64,000 bases of DNA from assembly GCA_035573675.1 (NCBI GenBank), contig DATMAB010000020.1, positions 88,408-152,407 on the forward strand. Reading direction: 5' to 3'. The DNA is from Terriglobales bacterium (lineage in GTDB: Bacteria; Acidobacteriota; Terriglobia; Terriglobales; Acidobacteriaceae). The notes beneath the pieces are model-generated. The model saw nothing but the letters and a program-made list of their open reading frames with translations, did no database searches and had not been told where the DNA came from. Position 1 is the first letter of the stretch. Each line of letters opens with the position of its first letter. Below are positions 54,463-64,000 of this stretch, one piece after another. Both the position numbers and the translations under genes were made by a program.

Positions 54463-55554
54463 TCAATCCGTGTGCTGGGTGATGTTGAGCAGCACACCGA
54501 TGGAGGCCAGGGTGACGAACAGCGAAGACCCGCCGTAGGAAACCAGGGGCAGGGGGATACCTTTGGTGGGCATCAGGCCGAGGACCACACTGATGTTCAG
54601 GAAAGCCTGCACAGCCACCATGGCGGTGATACCGGCAGCGAGCAGGCGGGCAAAGGGCTCCGAGGCGGCGTTGGCGCAGCGAATGCCGCGGTACAGGAAC
54701 ACGGTGATCAGCGCCAGCAGGATGAGCGCGCCGACCAGGCCGGTTTCTTCCGCGGCCACGGCGAAAATGAAGTCGGTATGCGGCTCCGGCAGGTAGAAGA
54801 GCTTCTGCTTCCCTTCCATCAGCCCGGTGCCGAAGACTCCGCCGGCGCCCACGGCAATCAGAGACTGAATGACGTGGAAGCCGCGGCCCAGCGGGTCCGA
54901 GTATGGGTCGAGGAAGGCGAGGATGCGCTCGTAGCGCCATTTGACACGGAACACCAAGAAGTACAGGGGCACGAGCGAGGCCGCCGCGGCGATGCCGAAA
55001 TAGCGCAGGCGCAGTCCGGCGAGGAAGAGAAGAACGGCGGCGATCAGGACCACGACGATGGCGGTGCCGAGATCCGGTTGCTTCACGATGAGCGCGGCGA
55101 ACAGCAGGATGGGGACAGTGGCGGGCAGCAGCGTGTTGCGCCAGTCATCGAGGGCACGCAGGCGTGTTTCCAGGAACCAGGCCAAATACAGGATGAGCGC
55201 GGGCTTGGCCAGTTCCGAAGGCTGGAAGGAGAAAGCGCCCAGGCGGATCCAGCGGTGCGTGTTGGCGGTGCGATCGAGAAAAAAGACCGCAACCAACAGC
55301 AGCGTGGTGAGGCCCAACAGCGAGAACACCACCGCCGGGTGCCGCAAACGGCGGTAATCCACGTGCATGAGCGCGACCATGGCGGCCAGGCCCGCAGTGG
55401 CCCAGGCCATCTGGCGAAAGAGGAAGTGGTAGGGCGACCCGAAGCGCTCCGCGGCCATGACGGCGGAAGCGCTGAACACCATGACCAAGCCGGAGAAAAC
55501 CAGCAGCAACGTGGCTGTGAACAGCGTCTTATCCACGCTGACGCGCTTAGCCAT
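54463..55554 (-). CDS. ftsW: SEDS-family peptidoglycan polymerase / lipid II flippase FtsW
   Basis: The start is at MAKRVSVDKTLF (residue 84 of ORF 54463..55803), overlapping the murD 3' end by 8 nt. It has about 10 TM helices and the motif QPSELAKPAL. Confidence 0.88.
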   Translation of the reverse strand: MAKRVSVDKTLFTATLLLVFSGLVMVFSASAVMAAERFGSPYHFLFRQMAWATAGLAAMVALMHVDYRRLRHPAVVFSLLGLTTLLLVAVFFLDRTANTHRWIRLGAFSFQPSELAKPALILYLAWFLETRLRALDDWRNTLLPATVPILLFAALIVKQPDLGTAIVVVLIAAVLLFLAGLRLRYFGIAAAASLVPLYFLVFRVKWRYERILAFLDPYSDPLGRGFHVIQSLIAVGAGGVFGTGLMEGKQKLFYLPEPHTDFIFAVAAEETGLVGALILLALITVFLYRGIRCANAASEPFARLLAAGITAMVAVQAFLNISVVLGLMPTKGIPLPLVSYGGSSLFVTLASIGVLLNITQHTD

Positions 55555-56962
55555 GCGCCTGGGCGCCTCCCTCACCGGGGATGGTAGCGGCGGCTGGGCC
55601 TTTGGCGCGGGCCTCCAGCGCGGCCACGGCTTCCTTGAAGACCCGGCCACGGTGCTCGTAGTTCTGGAACTGGTCGAAGCTGGCGCAGGCCGGGGCGAGC
55701 AGCACGATCTCGCCGGGTGAGGCGGCTTCGGCGGCGCGGCGAACAGCGTTTTCCAGGGTCTCGGCGCGGAGGACGTCGGCCGCCCCTGCGATCTGGCGCT
55801 CAATCTTCTCCGCGGCTGCGCCGATGGTATAGACGCGGCGGGCGCGCTCCTTTAAAAGCGGAGCGAGCACGGAGTAGTCGCTGCCCTTATCCTTGCCGCC
55901 CAGGATGATGTGGATGCCGCCGGGGAAAGACTCCAGCGCCTTGATGGCGGCATCGACGTTGGTGGCCTTGGAGTCGTTGTAGAACTCGACGCCGTTGAGC
56001 GTGGCCACGTACTCCAGGCGGTGCTCGACCGCCTTGAACTCGGAGACGGCGCTGGCCACGCGCCGCGGCTCGGCGCTCACGATGCGGCCGCAGCAGGCCG
56101 CCGCCAGCACGTTTTCCAGATTGTGCGCCCCCTTGAGGGGAATGCCGGAGACGGGCATGATCTCCTGCCGGTCGTTCTCGTCATCGCGCCACCAGATCTT
56201 GCCGTCGGCGGCCCAGGCGCCGGCTTCGACTTCGCTCTTGCGGCTGAACCAGCGCACCCGCGCGCGCGTCTTCCTGGCCAGATCGCGGCAGGTGGGGTCG
56301 TCGAAGTTAAGCACCGCGAAGTCGCTTTCCTTCTGGTTCTCGAAGATACGGGCCTTGGCCGCCACGTAGTTTTCGAAGCTACGGTGGCGGTCGAGATGGT
56401 CGGGCGAGACGTTGAGCACTACCGCGATTTCGGGATGAAAGCTGTGGATGGTCTCGAGCTGGAAGCTGGAAATCTCGAGAACAACGTAGGTGTCTGACGT
56501 GCAGTCCGCGACCAGGGAAATGGCCGGGGTTCCGATGTTGCCGCCGACCAGGGTCTCGTAGCCGCCCCAGGAGATCACTTCCCCGGTGAGGGCGGTGGTG
56601 GTGGTCTTGCCGTTGGAGCCCGTGATGGCGACGATGTGTCCGGCGAGGAAGCGCGAAGCCAGCTCGACCTCACCGATCACGGGAACCCCCAGGGCGCGGG
56701 CCTGCTCGAGTTGGGGCACGTCCACGGGCACGCCGGGACTGACCACGATGAGGTCCTGGTCGCGGAAGGTGCGCTCGCCGTGGCCGCCGGCCTCGACGGC
56801 GATGCCGGCATCGAGCAGGGCGGGGATTTCCTGGCGCAGTTCCTCCTCAGTCTTGGCGTCGCTCACGGTGACGCGCGCCCCGCGGGCCTTCAGGAACAAG
56901 GCTGAGGCCACGCCCGACTTGCCCAGGCCGACGACGAGGATGCGTTGGTTGTTAACGTCCAC
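55547..56962 (-). CDS. murD: UDP-N-acetylmuramoylalanine--D-glutamate ligase MurD
   Basis: It has a GTG start and the motifs ILVVGLGKSGVA and ITGSNGKTTTTAL. Confidence 0.92.
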   Translation of the reverse strand: MDVNNQRILVVGLGKSGVASALFLKARGARVTVSDAKTEEELRQEIPALLDAGIAVEAGGHGERTFRDQDLIVVSPGVPVDVPQLEQARALGVPVIGEVELASRFLAGHIVAITGSNGKTTTTALTGEVISWGGYETLVGGNIGTPAISLVADCTSDTYVVLEISSFQLETIHSFHPEIAVVLNVSPDHLDRHRSFENYVAAKARIFENQKESDFAVLNFDDPTCRDLARKTRARVRWFSRKSEVEAGAWAADGKIWWRDDENDRQEIMPVSGIPLKGAHNLENVLAAACCGRIVSAEPRRVASAVSEFKAVEHRLEYVATLNGVEFYNDSKATNVDAAIKALESFPGGIHIILGGKDKGSDYSVLAPLLKERARRVYTIGAAAEKIERQIAGAADVLRAETLENAVRRAAEAASPGEIVLLAPACASFDQFQNYEHRGRVFKEAVAALEARAKGPAAATIPGEGGAQAHG

Positions 56963-56965
56963 GTG

Positions 56966-57000
56966 CAGTTCTCAGTTCTCGGTTCTCAGTTCTCAGATTT
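56966..57000. repeat. Tandem heptamer array directly upstream of the murD start codon
   Basis: On the + strand the five units are CAGTTCT CAGTTCT CGGTTCT CAGTTCT CAGATTT. On the mRNA strand this reads (GAGAACY)n and ends 3 nt before GTG 56962. Confidence 0.8.
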
Positions 57001-57049
57001 CAGCCGTCCGTTTGCCAGCCACGCATCATTCTGACACGAGTCGGTGAGG

Positions 57050-58183
<1,134 letters not shown>

Positions 58184-58193
58184 TCAAGACCCC

Positions 58194-58270
58194 GTTTCTC
58201 GTTTCTCGTTTCGCGTTTCGCGTTTCTCGTGTCTCGTGGTTGGTTTTTCGAGAAACGAAAAACGAGAAAC
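58194..58270. repeat. Tandem heptamer array folding into a long hairpin in the murF-mraY spacer
   Basis: The + strand reads GTTTCTC GTTTCTC GTTTCGC GTTTCGC GTTTCTC GTGTCTC GTGGTTG GTTTTTC. Three inverted units follow: GAGAAAC GAAAAAC GAGAAAC. The arms 58194-58214 and 58250-58270 are complementary at 19/21 positions. Confidence 0.8.
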
Positions 58271-58272
58271 CT

Positions 58273-59657
58273 TCAACCTGTTGTCGCAGCCGCTTCGCGG
58301 CGTGCTTGCCAGACTTCCAGCGCTTTCTCCAGACGCACCCCGCGGGAGGCCTTCAGCAGCACGACATCGCCTGCGACGACCTCGCGAGCCAGCCACTCAC
58401 CCGCCTCTTCGGGAGTGGTCAGGAAGCTGGCTTCGACGCCGGCGGCGCGGGCGCCTGCGACGATATGTTCGGCGTTCCCGCGCACGCCGATCAGCACATC
58501 GATGCCGGCCTGGGCCAGATGCGCGCCGCAGCGGCGATGCAGTTCCGCCGCCGAAGATCCGAGCTCGAGCATCTCTCCCGCCACCACGATGCGCCGGCGG
58601 GCGGAAATGCCGGCCAGCGTATCCACCATCGCGTCCAGCGCACGCGGGTTGGAATTGTAGCAATCGTTGACCACGGTGGCCCCGGCGAGCTCCAGCACCT
58701 GGCCGCGCTTTTCGCCCGCCTGCAGGGAGGCTAGAGCTCGGGCGATATCGTCGAGCGGGATGCCGCGCTCCAGCGCCACAGCCACCGCGGCCAGAGCGTT
58801 GTAGATGCTGTGACGGCCGAGCAACGGCAGGGAGGCGGAACAACGCGCGCCGCCGGCTACGACCTCGAAACGGCTGCCGCGCAGGCCGAGGTCTTCCACG
58901 GCTTCCGCGCGGACATCGGCGGGATGGTTAAGCGCGAAGGTCACGACGCGGCCAGCGAAGTCACGGCCGAAGCGGGAGACGTATTCATCGTCGGCGTTGA
59001 GCACAGCCACACCGCTCGCGGGCAGGGATTCGATGAGCTCGTACTTGGCGCGCGCGATCTCGGCCACGGAAGCGAAGAATCCCAGGTGCACGGGCGCGAC
59101 GTTGGTGACGACTCCCAGATCGGGGCGAGAGATGCGCCCCAAGGCCGCGATCTCGCCTCGATGCGACATCGCCAGCTCGACCACGGCGACCTGGTGCTCC
59201 GGCTCCAGGCGGAGCAACTGCAGCGGCAGGCCGAAATGGTTGTTCAGATTGCCCTCCGACTTCATCACGCGAAACTTAAGGGAAAGCAGGGCTGCGATAG
59301 CTTCCTTGGTGGTGGTCTTGCCGGTCGAACCGGTGACGGCCACCAGTGGGCCGCCCCAGGTGCGACGCGCGGAGGCGGCCAGGGCCTGCAGGGCAGCCAA
59401 CGTGTCTTCCACCACCAGTAGGCGGGAACGGGCGCTGAACTCCGAAACCTTGGCACGGCTGACGACGGCGGCCACGGCTCCTGCCGCGAGCGCCTGAGCG
59501 ACGAAATCGTGGCCGTCGAGCCGCTCGCCCTTGACCGCGAAGAACAGTTCGCCCGGCTTGACGGTGCGGGAATCGATGGAGTAGCCCTCGGCAACGGCGG
59601 CGGGATCGAATTCTCCGGTCGCCGCCGTGAACTCCGCCACGCGCTGGAGGGAAAGCT

Positions 59658-59661
<4 letters not shown>
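58273..59661 (-). CDS. murF: UDP-MurNAc-tripeptide--D-Ala-D-Ala ligase MurF
   Basis: The motif VTGSTGKTTTKEA is present. It overlaps the murE stop by 4 nt. Confidence 0.92.
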
Positions 59662-61184
<1,523 letters not shown>

Positions 61185-61279
61185 CGGTTGTTTTCGATTA
61201 TAGACACCGCAGGACGCGTTTTTCCGGGGCTAACGCCCCGCCTGGCGCCGCACCTACGCGGGCAGAAACCCCGCTCTCG

Positions 61280-61368
61280 CACCCAAAACCCAAGAGCTGC
61301 TTTCCCACCCAAGACCCGAACTCCGCTTTCCTACTCAAAAACCCAAGCCCCGATTTCCCACCTGAACC
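61280..61368. repeat. Tandem repeat of 26-27 nt (about 3.4 copies) in the ftsI-murE spacer
   Basis: The units are CACCCAAAACCCAAGAGCTGCTTTCC, CACCCAAGACCCGAACTCCGCTTTCC, TACTCAAAAACCCAAGCCCCGATTTCC and CACCTGAACC. They are contiguous, with no spacers between them. Confidence 0.75.
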
Positions 61369-61376
61369 TGGCTGAG

Positions 61377-63608
61377 CTAGCGCGTGAAGCGCACCGCCAC
61401 GCGGGCTCCGGCCGGAATCCGGGTGCCCGGCGGAGGGGCCTGCTCGCGGGCTACTCCACTGCCCACCACATCCAGTTCGATGCCAGCCTGCTGCGCTACG
61501 ACCAGGGCTTCGCGCAGCGGCTTGCCGATCAGCGACGGCACTAACACGCCGCCTTCGGGATCGAGCATGACGGTGCCGCTGGCAGGCGGCGGAAGGGGCG
61601 GCGCCTCAAGCGGCGGAGCGGCATCCGGCCGGCGTTCTGGTTGCGCAGCCACCAGCAAGCGGGCCTGCGGCTGGGCCGCAGGTCGCTCATGCGCCGGCGG
61701 CGCGGCAGACGCGGCTTCCAGTCCCTCGCCGCTCCACGCCGGATGGTCGGGCGAGCCTTCGGAAATCTCATCATCGCTGACGGAGGCGGCCGCCCGCAGC
61801 ATCTGTTGCTGGCGTGGGAGCTCGATATCATGTGGCACGCGCAGGTAGGCCAGCACCTGCTGGGCGACGCGCGCGAACACCGGAGCCGCCACCTGTCCGC
61901 CCTGGCGCGGACCTACCGGCGAATCCAGGATCACGGCCACCGCCACGGCCGGCTGGTTCACCGGAGCAAAGCCGGCGAAGGAAGCCACGTGCTTCCAAGA
62001 GGAGTAGGCCCGCGTGGAAGGATCGATCTTCTGCGCCGTCCCGGTCTTCCCGGCCGCGGTGTAGCCTTCCAGGATGGCGCGGCGGCCGGTTCCGTGAAGC
62101 ACCACGCCTTCCATCATGCGCTTCATCTGGATGGCGGTCTCCGGCGATATTACGCGCCGCTGCTCGGCAGGCTGGAAGACGACCTTCTGCAATCCGTCCT
62201 TCTCGCGCGTAATTCCCGCCACGATGCGCGGGGCGGTCCACACGCCGTCGTTGGCGATACTGGAGATGAGCGCGATCAGTTGGAGCCCGGTGATGCCGAT
62301 CTCCTGCCCCATGGAGATGGCCCCGATGGACACCTTGGACCAACGGTTCACCGGCTTGGTGAGGCCGCGGCTCTCGCCCGGCAACTCGATGCCCGTAGGC
62401 TGGCCGAATCCGAACCGCCGGATGTACTGGTCGAAACGCTCTTCGCCCAGGCGCAGCCCGAGCTTGATGGTGCCCACATCGCTGGAGTGGGCCAGGACGT
62501 CGCTGACGGACAGCACGCCGAAGGGCTTGTGATCGCGGATGCGCATGCTGCCCAGGTAGATGGCGCCCATCTGACAGTCGATCATCTCCGAAGGCCGGGT
62601 GAGTTTCTCTTCCAGTGCCCCGGCGATGGTGACCAGCTTGAAGGTGGAACCGGGCTCATAGACATCGCTGACCGCCCGGTTCTTCAGCGCCTCCGGGGAA
62701 GACTTGCGGAAAGTGTTGGGATTGAAGGTTGGCCTGCTGGCCAGCGCCAGAATCTCCCCGGTGTGCGGGTTCTGGACGATGATGGTGCCGGCGGCCGAGC
62801 GCGTCTGCCGCATGGCTTCATCCAGTTCACGCTCGGCGATGTACTGGATCTTCTCGTCCAGCGTGAGCACCACGTTCTGGCCGGGCGCAGGCTCGCGTTC
62901 CACGCGCCCGAACCAGCGGCGGCGGGCGTCCACGGAGATCATCATGCGTCCGGGCGCGCCCCGCAGTTGCTGGTCGAAGGCATACTCGATGCCCCCCAGC
63001 CCTTCGTCGTCCATGCCCACGTAGCCCAGAACCTGGGCCGCCAGCTCGCGCTTGGGATAGAAGCGCTTGGACTCCTTCTGGAAGTAGATGCCGCGTAGGT
63101 TCAGGGCGCGGATGCGCTGGCTGGTCTCGGCGTCGACCTTGCGCGCGATCCACGCGAAACCGCGCGAGGACTTCAGCTTCGCCTGGATGTCGCCCGCCTC
63201 GGTCCCCAGCACGCGCGCCAGAAGCTGGGCCGCCGTTTCCTGATCGGGAATCTCGCTGGGGACGGCGAACACCGAGTCCACAGTGACGGACATGGCCAGT
63301 TCCTGGCCGTTGCGGTCATAGACGATGCCGCGGCGAGGCGCGACCTCGATGGTGCGCTGCTGCTGGCGCTGGGCGCGTTCCAGCAGTTCGCCGTACTGCA
63401 GGATCTGCAGGTCGATGAGCCGCAGGCCAATCAGCCCGGCCCAGAGAAACAACCCCAGCGCCAGCAGCAGCAGCCGCCGTGGGACGCCGTTGCCGTTCCC
63501 GTTGCCTGCCATAGATGCAGATGCGGCCCGGAGTCCGCTCCGGGCCGCTGGGGGTTCTGCAAATCCTTCCCGGCAGGCGCTCGGCGCCGCCGGGTCGCCG
63601 GTCTGCAA
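61377..63608 (-). CDS. ftsI: Division-specific class B penicillin-binding protein FtsI
   Basis: It has a TM anchor, SxxK (GSTFK) and KTGTA motifs, and a C-terminal PASTA-like segment. An alternative start at ATG 63512 gives MAGNGNGNG. Confidence 0.9.
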   Translation of the reverse strand: MQTGDPAAPSACREGFAEPPAARSGLRAASASMAGNGNGNGVPRRLLLLALGLFLWAGLIGLRLIDLQILQYGELLERAQRQQQRTIEVAPRRGIVYDRNGQELAMSVTVDSVFAVPSEIPDQETAAQLLARVLGTEAGDIQAKLKSSRGFAWIARKVDAETSQRIRALNLRGIYFQKESKRFYPKRELAAQVLGYVGMDDEGLGGIEYAFDQQLRGAPGRMMISVDARRRWFGRVEREPAPGQNVVLTLDEKIQYIAERELDEAMRQTRSAAGTIIVQNPHTGEILALASRPTFNPNTFRKSSPEALKNRAVSDVYEPGSTFKLVTIAGALEEKLTRPSEMIDCQMGAIYLGSMRIRDHKPFGVLSVSDVLAHSSDVGTIKLGLRLGEERFDQYIRRFGFGQPTGIELPGESRGLTKPVNRWSKVSIGAISMGQEIGITGLQLIALISSIANDGVWTAPRIVAGITREKDGLQKVVFQPAEQRRVISPETAIQMKRMMEGVVLHGTGRRAILEGYTAAGKTGTAQKIDPSTRAYSSWKHVASFAGFAPVNQPAVAVAVILDSPVGPRQGGQVAAPVFARVAQQVLAYLRVPHDIELPRQQQMLRAAASVSDDEISEGSPDHPAWSGEGLEAASAAPPAHERPAAQPQARLLVAAQPERRPDAAPPLEAPPLPPPASGTVMLDPEGGVLVPSLIGKPLREALVVAQQAGIELDVVGSGVAREQAPPPGTRIPAGARVAVRFTR

Positions 63609-63663
63609 CTTCGGTTCAAGCCAGGCCGGGTCCTGCTCCCCGGAGTTCGTTCCGGAGAATCCT

Positions 63664-63987
63664 TTAAGGCTGGGGCGAGATCACCAGGACGCCGTCCGCC
63701 CGCGCCATCACGGGCGCGCCCAGATCCGTGCCCGGCGCTTCCAGGCGCATCATCTGGCCCACTCGCGGAGCCTCCAAGCCCATCTGGCGGGCGAGGGCGT
63801 CAATGCGTTCCGGGCTGCGCAGTGAGGCTTCCTCCAGGCGCAGAGCGCGATTCTGCTCCACCAGCGCGTCGCGTTGCGCTTTCATCGCTTCCAGCTTGTA
63901 ACCGTATTCAATGGAACTGAAATGCTGGCCGGCATAAACCATGACCAAGGCGAACAGCGCGCAAACGGCGACGGTGAACATGGCCAT
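63664..63987 (-). CDS. ftsL: FtsL-like division protein (single TM plus coiled-coil)
   Basis: The TM segment is FTVAVCALFALVMVYA, followed by a leucine-zipper-like segment. It sits upstream of ftsI. The frame is still open at the window edge, so the true start may be beyond nt 64000. Confidence 0.6.
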   Translation of the reverse strand: MAMFTVAVCALFALVMVYAGQHFSSIEYGYKLEAMKAQRDALVEQNRALRLEEASLRSPERIDALARQMGLEAPRVGQMMRLEAPGTDLGAPVMARADGVLVISPQP

Positions 63988-64000
63988 CTCGCGGTTGCGC

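Noticed and set aside
61280-61368. Possible CRISPR array
   Set aside because: The repeats abut each other with no spacers. There are only about 3.4 degenerate copies, and no cas genes lie in the window.

Overview
This is a high-GC bacterial chromosomal window (hand-sampled at about 63-68% GC) with dense coding. I found no rRNA genes and no CRISPR array. I infer an Acidobacteriota-type genome from the gene content: a GWxTD protein, a CarboxypepD_reg-type outer-membrane barrel, a PEGA lipoprotein and a MacA/ABC module.

Nt 1-44,900 hold housekeeping and envelope genes:
- a 5'-truncated Aas-like acyl-ligase/ACP/acyltransferase fusion
- a translationally coupled xerD-xerC pair
- two M16 peptidases
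- a radical SAM protein
- an HEXXH peptidase
- a Rieske oxygenase
- proS
- a class A PBP
- TPR, PEBP, M48, STAS and DinB proteins
- MFS, APC and SulP transporters
- a 905-aa PIG-L protein
- a YbaK deacylase
- an aldo/keto reductase
- a GT2 glycosyltransferase
- tRNA-Lys(CTT)
- an outer-membrane-barrel/GWxTD pair
- macA plus an ABC ATPase
- a PEGA protein
- a PBP transpeptidase divergent from a Ser/Thr kinase

Nt 44,913-64,000 are a minus-strand dcw (division/cell wall) cluster in the order ftsL-ftsI-murE-murF-mraY-murD-ftsW-murG-[insertion]-murC-[unknown]-ftsQ-ftsA-ftsZ.

The most unusual content lies inside the dcw cluster:
1. A 2.2-kb lower-GC insertion sits between murG and murC. It is bounded by 23-bp imperfect inverted repeats and a perfect 8-bp direct duplication (GTTAGGGG). 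It carries a DUF3800 gene and two or three unknown ORFs, with no recognisable transposase. It also contains a third, internal copy of the left end.
2. A roughly 285-nt, hairpin-dense spacer lies between ftsW and murG.
3. murG and murC both lack an in-frame canonical start codon upstream of their conserved N-terminal glycine-rich motifs.
4. Heptanucleotide and 26-nt tandem repeat arrays fill the short spacers upstream of murC, murD, mraY and murE.

Many very long ORFs in the six-frame track, up to 1341 aa, are antisense artefacts of the high GC content.
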